A stretch of DNA of 64,000 bases from Steroidobacteraceae bacterium (GCA_035491795.1 DATJKD010000073.1:22416-86415), one strand, 5' to 3'; counted from the stretch's first letter, positions 10,025 through 20,654 are shown. Numbers and translations are program-made. The notes: generated by a model from the letters alone, not told the origin.

Positions 10025-11259
10025 GCGTGATCCGCCGTCGCCGCAGCGTGACCGTGCGGGTGGGCGCCGTCCTGGTGGGCGGCGACTGCCCCGTCGTGGT
10101 GCAGTCCATGACCAACACCGACACGGCCGACATCGATGCAACGGTGCGCCAGGTGCGCGCGCTCGCGCAGGCGGGCTCCGAGCTCGTTCGGGTGACGGTC
10201 AATACCGACGAAGCCGCCGCGGCGGTGCCGGCGATCGTCGAGCGTCTCGCGGCGCACGGCGTCGCCGTGCCGATCGTGGGCGACTTTCACTTCAACGGAC
10301 ACAAGCTGCTGCGCGAGCAGCCAGGCTGCGCGGCGGCACTGGCCAAGTACCGGATCAATCCGGGCAACGTCGGCCGCGGCAGCAAGCGCGACCCGCAGTT
10401 CGCCGAGATGATCGAGATCGCCTGCCGGCACGGCAAACCCGTCCGCATCGGCGTCAACTGGGGCAGCCTCGACCAGGACCTGCTCACGCGGATGATGGAC
10501 GAGAACTCCCGTCGCGCCGAACCGGTCGATGCTGCGGACGTCGTGCGGGAGGCGCTGGTCGTCTCGGCGCTCGAAAGCGCACGCCGCGCCGAGGAGCTCG
10601 GGCTACCGCACGACGACATCGTGATCTCCTGCAAGGTGAGCGGCGTCCAGGACCTGATCGCGGTGTACCGCAACCTGGCCACGCGCTGCGAGTATCCGCT
10701 GCACCTCGGGCTCACCGAGGCGGGTATGGGTTCGAAGGGCATCGTCGCCTCGACGGCGGCGATGGCCGTGCTGCTGCAGGAGGGCATCGGCGACACGATC
10801 CGCGTGTCCCTGACCCCGGAACCAGGCGGCGACCGGACACAGGAGGTGATCGTCGCGCAGGAGATGTTGCAGACGATGGGGCTGCGGTCCTTTACGCCGA
10901 TGGTGGTGGCCTGTCCCGGGTGCGGGCGCACCACCTCGAGCTACTTCCAGGAGCTTGCGCAGAAGATCCAGTCGCATCTGCGGCTCCGCATGCCCGAGTG
11001 GCGCAAGCGCTACCCGGGGGTCGAGGAGATGACCGTCGCGGTGATGGGCTGTGTCGTTAACGGACCGGGCGAGAGCAAGCACGCCAGCATCGGGATCAGC
11101 CTCCCCGGCACCGGCGAGCGACCCGTCGCGCCGGTCTACATCGACGGCGAAAAAGGCCCGACGTTGAAGGGCGATCACATCGCCGAGGAATTCCAGCAGC
11201 TCGTCGAGGACTACGTATCGCGCACCTACGGGGGTTCGCGCGAGGAGAGATCGGCATGA
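10021..11259 (+). CDS. ispG: 4-hydroxy-3-methylbut-2-en-1-yl diphosphate synthase (flavodoxin)
   Basis: Reads [35 protein letters not shown]...CPGCGRT...[12 protein letters not shown] 10021 forms a GTGA overlap with the DUF885 stop. The listed ORF start (9661) lies inside DUF885. Confidence 0.92.
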   Translation: MSVIRRRRSVTVRVGAVLVGGDCPVVVQSMTNTDTADIDATVRQVRALAQAGSELVRVTVNTDEAAAAVPAIVERLAAHGVAVPIVGDFHFNGHKLLREQPGCAAALAKYRINPGNVGRGSKRDPQFAEMIEIACRHGKPVRIGVNWGSLDQDLLTRMMDENSRRAEPVDAADVVREALVVSALESARRAEELGLPHDDIVISCKVSGVQDLIAVYRNLATRCEYPLHLGLTEAGMGSKGIVASTAAMAVLLQEGIGDTIRVSLTPEPGGDRTQEVIVAQEMLQTMGLRSFTPMVVACPGCGRTTSSYFQELAQKIQSHLRLRMPEWRKRYPGVEEMTVAVMGCVVNGPGESKHASIGISLPGTGERPVAPVYIDGEKGPTLKGDHIAEEFQQLVEDYVSRTYGGSREERSA

Positions 11260-11585
11260 CAGGTCTCACCGAACGCAGCTGCAGCGCCTGCGCAGCCGGT
11301 ACGCCGCCGCTGGCCGACGCGGAAGTGAAACGGCTGCTCGCTGAGCTCGATCCGGGCTGGTCGGTGGTCGAGGATGGCAAGGCGATCCGGCGCGCCTTCC
11401 GCTTCGACGACTTCTACCGCACGATGGCCTTCGTCAACGCCGTCGCCTGGATCGCAAACGCCGAAGATCATCATCCCGATCTCGAGGTCGGCTATAACTA
11501 CTGCCGCGTACGCTATTCCACGCACTCCGTTGGCGGGCTGTCGACCAACGACTTCATCTGCGCCGCCAAGATCGACGTCCTCTGA
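11256..11585 (+). CDS. phhB: Pterin-4-alpha-carbinolamine dehydratase
   Basis: 109 aa with [44 protein letters not shown]. It has an ATGA overlap with the ispG stop. Confidence 0.88.
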   Translation: MTGLTERSCSACAAGTPPLADAEVKRLLAELDPGWSVVEDGKAIRRAFRFDDFYRTMAFVNAVAWIANAEDHHPDLEVGYNYCRVRYSTHSVGGLSTNDFICAAKIDVL

Positions 11586-11607
11586 ACTCGAACTCGCGGG
11601 CGTCGGG

Positions 11608-13277
<1,670 letters not shown>

Positions 13278-13281
<4 letters not shown>

Positions 13282-14513
13282 GCCGCGCCCCGCACCAGCT
13301 GCGGAACGTCCCCGCGCACGCCGAGCGCGTGCTCGATCAGGGCGCGGCGCAGAGGGGACTGCTGCGCCAGCATGCTCATCCCCAGCCGGCGCAACGACGA
13401 GACCGCGGGATTCGCGGCGCCGAATAACCGGTTGAGGCCGTCGACCACGCTCATCATCAGCGCGTTCTCGCTCCGCCTCCAGCGTTCGTAGCGCCGCAGC
13501 ACCCGAAGACCGGTCCAGTCCTCGCCGGCGGCCAGCGCGCCCGACAGCACCTCGACCAGGCAGGCGCAATCGAGCAGCCCGAGATTCGCGCCCTGCCCCG
13601 CGAGCGGATGGATCGTGTGCGCGGCGTCACCCACGAGCGCGATCCTCGGCCGGCAATACTCGCGTGCGTGCCAGAGCGCGAGCGGAAACCGTGCCCGCCC
13701 GCTCGCGAGCGTCAGCGCGCCGAGCGCCCCGCCGCTGGCCTCGGTGACGCGCGCAGAAAACTCCTCCGCGGGAAGCCCGACGAGCGACTCTGCTTCGGCG
13801 GGTGTCGTCGTCCACACGATCGAGACACGACCGTCCCGCAAGGGGAGTAGCGCGATCGGACCACTTGGCAGGAACCGCTGCCACGCCGTATCCGCGTGCG
13901 TGCGCTCGGTCGTGAGGTGCGCGACCACCGCCGCCTGCGAGTACGGCCGGCCGTCGCGCTCGATGCCGGAGAGCTCGCGTGTCGGCGATGCGCCGCCGTC
14001 GGCCCCCACGACCAGCGCCGCGCGCAGTCGACGGCCGTCGGCCAGCGTGACCCGCGTGGCGTCCTCGCCGTGGTCGAGCTCCGCGAGCGCGGTGTGCAGT
14101 CGGGTCATGCGGCGGAGCAAGGGCGACTCCGACAGGGCCCATTGCATACGCAGGTTCTCGACGATGTGCCCGAGATCGGGCTCCCCGGTCTCGGCGGCGG
14201 AGAACCTGAGCGCGTCCGGGGCATCGGCTCGACTCGCCGCGTCCCACACCACCATCTCGGAGTACGCGCAGGCCTGCGGCTCGATCGGCTGCCAGGCCTG
14301 GACCGCGTCGAGGATCCGCTGCGAGGCGCGCGACAGCGCCGAGACGCGCAGGTCCACCTCGCCGGCCCGTGGCGGAGTGGACGTCGCGGGCTCAACGAGC
14401 GCCACCCGCAGTTCGCCGACATGCGGGTCGCGCGCCGCGAGCGCCGCAAAGCATGGACCGACGATGCCGCCACCTACTACGACGATGTCGAAGTCGGGCC
14501 GGGAGGTGCTCAC
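13278..14513 (-). CDS. ubiI: UbiH/UbiF/VisC/COQ6-family FAD-dependent ubiquinone hydroxylase
   Basis: Reads VSTSRPDFDIVVVGGGIVGPCFA...ALVGDAAHTIHPLAGQGANLGL. GTG 14513 forms a GTGA overlap with the ubiH stop. The ubiI (visC) name comes from its position after ubiH, as in E. coli. Confidence 0.8.
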
Positions 14514-15766
14514 TCGGGTCTCAGCGGCAACGCGACCCCGCGCGCGAGCCGCGGGATGCGCCCCGCCGCGCCTACGCTCAGACGCGCGAGTGCGTTCTTC
14601 GCCAGTGGCAGCGCGTCGAAGGCAACGAGCCCGAGGCCGCGCAGGTTGCGCACCACGCCGAGCGGCGTGCCGAACAGACGCACCAGCCCGTCGGTGAACC
14701 CGACGATGCGGCGACGATCCTCGGCACGCCATGCGGCATACCGATCGAGGATCTCTTCGCTGCCTGGATCGGTCCCGCCCGCCGCGAGCGCGTCGGCCAG
14801 CACCTCCGCAAGACTCGCAGCGTCGCGCAGACCGAGATTGAACCCCTGGCCGGCGATCGGATGCAGACCCTGCGCGGCGTTGCCGACGATCGCCAGGCGA
14901 GGCGCGGTGTGACGATCTGCACGGGTCAATGCCAGCTCGTAACACTGACGACGACCGACGCCCAGCAGCCGGCCGAGTCGCAGCCCGAACGCACTCTGCA
15001 GCTCAGTGAGAAAGGCGTCGTCCGGCAGCGCGATCAGCCGCGCGGCTTCGTCCGGCGGGTGGGTCCAGACAAGACCACAGCGGCCGTCCGCAAGCGGCAG
15101 CATGGCAAGGGGCCCGTTCGACGTAAACCGCTCATAGGCCACGTGATCGTGGAAACGCTGTGTCGTGATCGTGGCCACGATGGCGGTCTGCCCGTAGTCC
15201 CAGTGCTCAGCCGGGATGCCCGCGCGTTCGCGCAGCACCGAGCGCGCACCGTCGGCCGCGACCACGAGCCGCGCATCGAGCCGCATCGGCCCGGTCGCGG
15301 TCTCGATTTCGAGCTGCCGGGTCCCGCCTTCGTTCGTGGTATCCGTGACCCGCGCCGGCGCGAGCACGCGTACCCCGGGCTGCGATGCAAGCGCCGGCCA
15401 CAGCGCGGCGCCGATGGCGCGGTTCGATATGACATAACCCAGCGCATCAACGCCTTGCTCGGAGGCATCGATCCGGGCGACGCCGAAGCGCCCCTGTTCG
15501 GACACGTGGATTCGCCGAATGGGCGTCGCTTCGCGTTCCATGTCGCGCCAGGCACCGAGCGCGCGATAGGTGCGCACGCTGCCGTTCGCAAGCGCGGTGG
15601 TGCGCTCATCGAAGCTCGGGGGCTCGGGCGCGCCGGGTGCCGTCGTCTCGATCAGCACGATCGACAGATCGAGCGGCGCGAGGGCAAGCGCCAGGCTCGC
15701 GCCGACCATCCCGCCCCCGCAGATGGCGAGGTCGCAGCTTGCCCCGACTGGTGCCGGGTCGCTCAT
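14510..15766 (-). CDS. ubiH: 2-octaprenyl-6-methoxyphenol hydroxylase-type FAD monooxygenase
   Basis: Reads MSDPAPVGASCDLAICGGGMVGASLALAL...IVGNAAQGLHPIAGQGFNLGLRD. It has an ATGA overlap with the pepP stop. Synteny is pepP-ubiH-ubiI. Confidence 0.82.
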   Translation of the reverse strand: MSDPAPVGASCDLAICGGGMVGASLALALAPLDLSIVLIETTAPGAPEPPSFDERTTALANGSVRTYRALGAWRDMEREATPIRRIHVSEQGRFGVARIDASEQGVDALGYVISNRAIGAALWPALASQPGVRVLAPARVTDTTNEGGTRQLEIETATGPMRLDARLVVAADGARSVLRERAGIPAEHWDYGQTAIVATITTQRFHDHVAYERFTSNGPLAMLPLADGRCGLVWTHPPDEAARLIALPDDAFLTELQSAFGLRLGRLLGVGRRQCYELALTRADRHTAPRLAIVGNAAQGLHPIAGQGFNLGLRDAASLAEVLADALAAGGTDPGSEEILDRYAAWRAEDRRRIVGFTDGLVRLFGTPLGVVRNLRGLGLVAFDALPLAKNALARLSVGAAGRIPRLARGVALPLRPE

Positions 15767-17076
15767 GCGGAGCGCATCACCCGTTCGACCTCGTCGGGTG
15801 TGCGAGGCAGGCCGGCGGTCAGCACCTCGCAACCGGCGGTCGTGATCGCGACGTCATCCTCGATGCGTACGCCGATATTCCACCAGCGACGTGGCACGCC
15901 CTTGCTACCCGCCGGAATGTAGATCCCCGGCTCGACCGTGAGGCACATCCCCGGTTCGAGCACGCGCCATTCGTCGCCGACCTTGTAGTCGCCGACGTCG
16001 TGCACGTCCATCCCGAGCCAGTGTCCCGTCCGATGCATGAAGAACCGTCGGTAGTCGCCAGCTCTGATCAGCGCGGGTACGCGGCCCTTGAGAAGACCCA
16101 GCCGGACGAGTCCCCGGGTGATCGACTGCACGGCCGCGTCGTGAGGATCGTTCCAGTGATTGCCCGGCCGGCAGCGGACGAGCGCCGCGTCCTGGGCCTC
16201 GAGCACGACCTCGTACACGGCGCGCTGCTCCGCGCTGAAGCGACCGTTGACGGGGAAGGTTCGGGTGATGTCGGAGGCGTAGTACTGATACTCGCAACCC
16301 GCGTCGATCAGCAGGAGATCGCCGTCCTCGAGGACGGCGCTATTGGCGTGGTAGTGCAGCGTACAGGCATTCGCCCCGCCACCCACGATCGGGTGATAGG
16401 AGATGTCCGCGTTGTGGCGGTGAAACTCGTGGAGGATCTCGGCCATGAGCTGGTATTCGAAGACGCCCGGGCGCGCGGCGCGCATCGCGCGCAGGTGCGC
16501 GCGGACCGCGATCTGCGCGGCGCGACGCATCACGGTGAGCTCGGTCCGGCCCTTGTACAGCCGCATGTCGTGCAGCAGGTGATCGAGGGCAACGAACTCC
16601 TGCGGCGTATGAATGCCGAGCCGGGACTGGCCGCGCAGGCTGTTGACCCAGCCGATCACGCGATGGTCGAAGTCGGCGTTGAGTCCCATGGTGTAGTACA
16701 CCCGGCCGCAGTTCTCGATCAGGCCGGGCAGGATGTCGTCGATGTCGCCGATCGGAAACGCATCGTCCGCGCCGTAGTCGCGCACCGCACCGTCGGGTCC
16801 TGCCCGCTTGCCGTCCCAGGTCTCGCGGGCCGGGTCGCGATCGCGGACGAACAGGATGTACTCCGCCTGCGGACGGCCGGGCACCAGCACCGCGACCGAC
16901 TCCGGTTCGTTGAAGCCGGTGAGATAGTGGAAATCGCTGTCGGGCCGGAAGAAGTAGTGCACGTCGTTGTTGCGCTGCTTCTCCATTGCGGTGGGCAGGA
17001 TGGCGATGCCGCCCTTGCCCATCATCCGCATCAACTGGCGTCGCCGCCGGACGAACTCATCCTTGCGAACGGTCAT
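15763..17076 (-). CDS. pepP: Xaa-Pro aminopeptidase
   Basis: Reads MTVRKDEFVRRRRQL...FRPDSDFHYLTGFNEPE...HRTGHWLGMDVHDVG...VEPGIY. Start re-picked at ATG 17076. Confidence 0.92.
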   Translation of the reverse strand: MTVRKDEFVRRRRQLMRMMGKGGIAILPTAMEKQRNNDVHYFFRPDSDFHYLTGFNEPESVAVLVPGRPQAEYILFVRDRDPARETWDGKRAGPDGAVRDYGADDAFPIGDIDDILPGLIENCGRVYYTMGLNADFDHRVIGWVNSLRGQSRLGIHTPQEFVALDHLLHDMRLYKGRTELTVMRRAAQIAVRAHLRAMRAARPGVFEYQLMAEILHEFHRHNADISYHPIVGGGANACTLHYHANSAVLEDGDLLLIDAGCEYQYYASDITRTFPVNGRFSAEQRAVYEVVLEAQDAALVRCRPGNHWNDPHDAAVQSITRGLVRLGLLKGRVPALIRAGDYRRFFMHRTGHWLGMDVHDVGDYKVGDEWRVLEPGMCLTVEPGIYIPAGSKGVPRRWWNIGVRIEDDVAITTAGCEVLTAGLPRTPDEVERVMRSA

Positions 17077-17090
17077 GTAGTGCTTATTGC

Positions 17091-17648
17091 TCAGTGACGA
17101 GTGGTGGGACCGGGGCTCAGGCGGCGTTCCGTCAGCAGCTCGTCGTACACAAGCTGTACGCCGACCCGGAGGAACTCGACAAGCTCGATGTAGGCGTCTT
17201 CCTCGATCTCCATCGGTTCGAGGCCGACCGATCCACCGCGCGAGATCTCGGCGAAGTCCGCCAGAACTTCCGCCACCTCGCCGGAGGGCGCTGCCCGGCC
17301 GTCCGTAGCCGCGGTTCCGAAGCCATACAGAAATCCCTGGCACCAGGCCGACAGCGCGTCGACGCGCTCATCCAGCGCGGCATCGTCGTCGGGCAGCAGC
17401 GGGTCGAATTCCATGTCGGGCGCAGCGAGCACCGCGGCGCTCTGCTCAAACAGATCCGCCAGCGGACCGTCGCGATCCGGCAGCGTGACCGTGTCCGGAA
17501 GGATCTCGTCGAGCCAGTCGCCGAACCCGAAGCCGCTTCGGACGCAGAGCGCCCCGCACAGGCAGCCGTGCGCTTCCGCGGCATGGACCGACGAGCCTCC
17601 GGCCGCCAGCGCCTGCGCGACTTCGTTGAAGGCCAGCGAGGAAGTCAT
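17091..17648 (-). CDS. ygfB: UPF0149 family protein YgfB
   Basis: 185 aa with AEAHGCLCGALC and WCQGFLYGFG motifs. It sits upstream of pepP, as in E. coli and Pseudomonas. Confidence 0.85.
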   Translation of the reverse strand: MTSSLAFNEVAQALAAGGSSVHAAEAHGCLCGALCVRSGFGFGDWLDEILPDTVTLPDRDGPLADLFEQSAAVLAAPDMEFDPLLPDDDAALDERVDALSAWCQGFLYGFGTAATDGRAAPSGEVAEVLADFAEISRGGSVGLEPMEIEEDAYIELVEFLRVGVQLVYDELLTERRLSPGPTTRH

Positions 17649-17710
17649 TGGACTTATCGTAACATTCCGACCCGCCGCGGGCCGTGCAATACCCGCGGCG
17701 GGTGCGTCAA

Positions 17711-17739
17711 TTGCTTCCCCGCCGGGGCGGCCCTATAGT
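17711..17739 (+). promoter_or_regulatory. Putative sigma70 promoter for zapB-like/zapA/6S RNA
   Basis: TTGCTT-17 nt-TATAGT, ending 12 nt before the ATG at 17751. Confidence 0.45.
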
Positions 17740-17750
17740 TCCCTGCACAT

Positions 17751-17984
17751 ATGAACGACACCGCCGCAAAATCCCCGGTCGATGCCGAGCTGCGCCGCCT
17801 CGAGCGCCGACTGGACGAGCTCGTAACCTCCGTGCAGCAACTCAAGGAGGAGAATCGCGCGCTGCGCCACCGCCAGGACAACCTGATCTCCGAGCGGGCC
17901 AACCTGTTGCAGAAGAACGAGCAGGTCCGCGCCCGGGTCGAGGCGATGATCGGTCGCCTTAAGTCGATGGAGCACAGCGCATGA
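17751..17984 (+). CDS. Coiled-coil ZapB-like protein (TIGR02449-type) preceding zapA
   Basis: 77 aa with heptad-rich sequence LRRLERRLDELVTSVQQLKEENRALRHRQDNLISERANLLQKNEQVRARVEAMIGRL. It has an ATGA overlap with the zapA start. Confidence 0.75.
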   Translation: MNDTAAKSPVDAELRRLERRLDELVTSVQQLKEENRALRHRQDNLISERANLLQKNEQVRARVEAMIGRLKSMEHSA

Positions 17985-18298
17985 GCGACGATCGCATCAC
18001 GCGAGTCAGCGTCCGCGTGCTCGACCGTGAGTACCAGGTCGCCTGTCCAGCGGAGGAGCGCTCGGACCTGCTCGATTCCGCGGAGTACCTCGATGCCAAG
18101 ATGCGCGAGGTGCGCGATACGGGCAAGGTGGTCGGGCTGGACCGGATCGCGGTGATCTCGGCACTCAATATCGCCAATGAGCTGATCAAGATGCGCCATG
18201 GCGGCGGCTCGCTCGATGGCGACCTCGGCGCGCGGCTACGCGGGATGCGCGAGCGGGTCGAGACCGCGCTGGAGAAGAGCAAGCAACTGGAATTGTGA
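17981..18298 (+). CDS. zapA: Cell division protein ZapA
   Basis: 105 aa with VSVRVLDREYQVACPAEERSDLLDSAEYLDAKMREV...RIAVISALNIANEL. Confidence 0.9.
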   Translation: MSDDRITRVSVRVLDREYQVACPAEERSDLLDSAEYLDAKMREVRDTGKVVGLDRIAVISALNIANELIKMRHGGGSLDGDLGARLRGMRERVETALEKSKQLEL

Positions 18299-18304
18299 GG
18301 GACG

Positions 18305-18535
18305 CCGTCGCGTCCCGTACGAATTGGCGCCGCCTGCGGTGTTCGACACGGTCCGGGTTACCTCTCGACCGTAAGTCAAAACCCAGGGGAATCAGGTTCG
18401 TCGGCAGCATTGTGCAGGTCCGCCTCGAGCGGGAAGCCTTAAGTGCCGCAGCCTTCCCCGAATGTTGCTCCATGTCGAGAGCAATGGTTCGTGACGGCAC
18501 AGGTGGGTGGCGCCTCCCTTCTTTTCGTACGGATC
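18305..18535 (+). ncRNA. ssrS: 6S RNA (SsrS); exact ends uncertain
   Basis: It has the canonical position between zapA and ygfA. The central segment GUCCGCCUCGAGCGGGAAGCCUUAAGUGCCGCAGCC resembles E. coli GGUCCGUCCGAGAAGCCUUAAAACUGCGACGAC. Long-range pairing links the 5' arm (CCGUACGAA..GGCGCC..CCUG..UUCGACA) to the 3' arm (UGUCGAG..CAGG..GGCGCC..UUCGUACGG). Confidence 0.78.
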
Positions 18536-18538
18536 CGC

Positions 18539-19168
18539 ATGGCGCAGCGCTCCAGACAAGTGGCGGATGAACGACGGCGTCTGCGCGGTCTGCGCCGGGC
18601 GCTCTCCGGCCAGGAGCGACGCGTCGCCGAGCGGCGCATCACGGCGACGCTGCGCCGGATGGGATGCACGGCTCGCGGCCGGCGGGTCGCTCTCTATCTC
18701 GCGCGCGACGGCGAGGTCGACCTCACGGAACTGATCCGTGCCGCGCGCCGCGGCGGAGCACGGCTCTACGCGCCGCACATCACCAGCCAGCGTCGCCGCG
18801 CGATGCGCTTCCTTCCACTGCCCGAGGACCGGGCGCTCAGGCGCAACTGGTACGGCATCGACGAGCCAGAGCACCAACCGGCGCTCGGAATCGCGCCGGG
18901 TCACCTCGACATCATTCTGACGCCGCTGGTCGGCTTCGACCGTCATGGCCACCGCCTCGGTATGGGGGCGGGTTACTACGACCGCGCGCTTCGGCGGCGG
19001 CTCGCCGGCACCGGCGCGTGGCGACGACCGCGTATCGTCGGCGTCGCCTTCGCCTGCCAGGAGACCGGCACGATCGCGGCGGCGCCTTGGGACGTCCCGC
19101 TCGACCTGGTCGTGACGGAACGCGGCGTGTTGCGACCGAAACGCGGATCCGACCGACGCACGGAGTGA
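18539..19168 (+). CDS. ygfA: 5-formyltetrahydrofolate cyclo-ligase
   Basis: Reads MAQRSRQVADERRRLR...LDIILTPLVGFDRHGHRLGMGAGYYDR...WDVPLDLVVTE. Start re-picked at ATG 18539, immediately after the 6S RNA. Confidence 0.88.
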   Translation: MAQRSRQVADERRRLRGLRRALSGQERRVAERRITATLRRMGCTARGRRVALYLARDGEVDLTELIRAARRGGARLYAPHITSQRRRAMRFLPLPEDRALRRNWYGIDEPEHQPALGIAPGHLDIILTPLVGFDRHGHRLGMGAGYYDRALRRRLAGTGAWRRPRIVGVAFACQETGTIAAAPWDVPLDLVVTERGVLRPKRGSDRRTE

Positions 19169-19173
19169 ACGCA

Positions 19174-19638
19174 GTGAAGTACTGGCTCTTCAAGACCGAA
19201 CCCTCGACCTTCGGCGTCGATCACCTCGCGCGCGCCAGAAACGCCACCACCGCTTGGGACGGCGTGCGCAACTACCAGGCGCGAAACATGCTGCGGGACG
19301 ACATGCAGAAGGGCGATCTCGGCTTTCTCTATCACTCGAGCTGCGACGAGCCGGGCATCGCGGGCATCGTCCGCGTGGTGCGCGCAGGTTATCCCGAGGC
19401 CGCCGCGCTCGATCCGAAGAATCCCTACTACGATCCCGAGAGCGATCCGAAGGAACCGCGGTGGTACAGCGTCGACATCCGCCTCGAGCGGCGCATCGAC
19501 CCGCCGATCACGCTCGAAACCTTGCGCAAACATGCGCATCGGAGCCTCAAGGACATGGTGATACTGCGAAGAGGCAACCGGCTCTCAGTGACGCCGGTGA
19601 GCGACCGGGAGTGGAAGTTCATACTCACGCTCGCGTGA
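19174..19638 (+). CDS. EVE (PUA-like) domain protein
   Basis: Reads (V/M)KYWLFKTEPSTFGVDHL...WDGVRNYQARNMLRDDMQKGDLGFLYHSS...GIAGIVRVV, which is a standalone EVE architecture. Start is GTG 19174 or GTG 19165; the latter forms a GTGA overlap with the ygfA stop. Confidence 0.85.
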   Translation: MKYWLFKTEPSTFGVDHLARARNATTAWDGVRNYQARNMLRDDMQKGDLGFLYHSSCDEPGIAGIVRVVRAGYPEAAALDPKNPYYDPESDPKEPRWYSVDIRLERRIDPPITLETLRKHAHRSLKDMVILRRGNRLSVTPVSDREWKFILTLA

Positions 19639-19744
19639 GGAAGTATCTTGATTTCCAGTGCGAGCGACACATCGATGATCGGAAGCGCCAGATGCCGCGA
19701 GCGCGCATCACAGAGACGCAGCGCAGAGATCCGTGACGTGCCTC

Positions 19745-19773
19745 TTGCAATTGAATATTGATTTCTGTAAATA
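19745..19773 (+). promoter_or_regulatory. Putative strong sigma70 promoter (TTGCAA-17-TAAATA)
   Basis: It lies in a locally AT-rich patch (cttgcaattgaatattgatttctgtaaatact), about 34 nt upstream of the micro-ORF ATG. Confidence 0.55.
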
Positions 19774-19806
19774 CTGCGCCCGGACTAACCCGACATGGAG
19801 ATCCAT

Positions 19807-19875
19807 ATGGCAGCTAAGGCAAAGAAGTCGTCCAAGAAGAAGGCTGGCAAGAAGAAGGCCGCCAAGAAGAAGTAG
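19807..19875 (+). CDS. 22-aa Lys/Ala-rich micro-protein [22 protein letters not shown] (unlisted small ORF)
   Basis: GGAGA sits 6 nt before ATG 19807, and an in-frame ATG at 19795 would add MEIH. All 12 Lys codons are AAG, with a 15-nt repeat AAGAAGAAGGCYGSC. The ORF has its own promoter upstream and hairpins downstream. It is below the 60-aa cutoff of the ORF track. Confidence 0.55.
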   Translation: MAAKAKKSSKKKAGKKKAAKKK

Positions 19876-19944
19876 GACGGCATCGGAACCAGAGGTGGCG
19901 ACCTCACCGAAAGGAAAAGATCGCCGCCTCCTCCGAAACGAAGA

Positions 19945-19974
19945 CTGTGCCCGCGAAAGCGGGCACAGTTGTTT
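19945..19974 (+). terminator. Intrinsic terminator/attenuator hairpin between the micro-ORF and rpiA
   Basis: CTGTGCCCGC-gaaa-GCGGGCACAG (10-bp perfect stem, GNRA-like loop) followed by TTGTTT. It ends 15 nt before the rpiA ATG. Confidence 0.65.
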
Positions 19975-19988
19975 CCGGGGGTCGCATC

Positions 19989-20654
19989 ATGAACCAGGAC
20001 ATCCGAAAACAGCGTGCCGCCGAGGCGGCGCTCGATCTGATCGAAGACGGGTCGGTGATCGGTGTCGGCACGGGCTCGACCGTCAATTACTTCATCGAGG
20101 GCCTGGCGAGCCTGCGCGGCCGCATCGGCGGCGCCGTGTCGAGCTCGGAGGCGAGCGCGCAGCGGCTCAGGGCCCATGCCATCCCGGTACTCGACCTGAA
20201 TGCGACCGGCGAGCTGCCCCTGTACGTCGATGGCGCTGACGAGGCGACGCGCGGCTTCGCTCTCATCAAGGGCGGCGGTGGCGCGCTGACCCGCGAGAAG
20301 ATCGTTGCGGCCGCATCCCGCCGGTTCGTCTGCATCATCGACGACCAGAAGCTGGTCGAGCGGCTCGGCCGCTTCCCGCTGCCGGTCGAGGTCATACCGA
20401 TGGCGCGCGGTCACGTGGCGCGGCAGCTGCTGCGGCTCGGCGGCCAGCCGGCGCTGCGCGAGGGAGTGGTGACCGACAACGGCAATCACATCCTCGACAT
20501 CCGCGGGCTCTCGATCACTGACCCCGTCGCGCTCGAGACCGAGATCAACCAGATCGCGGGTGTAGTCACGGTCGGGCTCTTCGCGCGGCGCCCGGCCGAC
20601 GTGCTGCTGGTCGGCACCGCCCATGGCGTCGTAACGTTGACGCGTGCCACTTGA
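19989..20654 (+). CDS. rpiA: Ribose-5-phosphate isomerase A
   Basis: Reads [36 protein letters not shown]...YVDGADEA...[15 protein letters not shown]. Start re-picked at ATG 19989; the listed 19947 start would include the terminator hairpin. Confidence 0.92.
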   Translation: MNQDIRKQRAAEAALDLIEDGSVIGVGTGSTVNYFIEGLASLRGRIGGAVSSSEASAQRLRAHAIPVLDLNATGELPLYVDGADEATRGFALIKGGGGALTREKIVAAASRRFVCIIDDQKLVERLGRFPLPVEVIPMARGHVARQLLRLGGQPALREGVVTDNGNHILDIRGLSITDPVALETEINQIAGVVTVGLFARRPADVLLVGTAHGVVTLTRAT

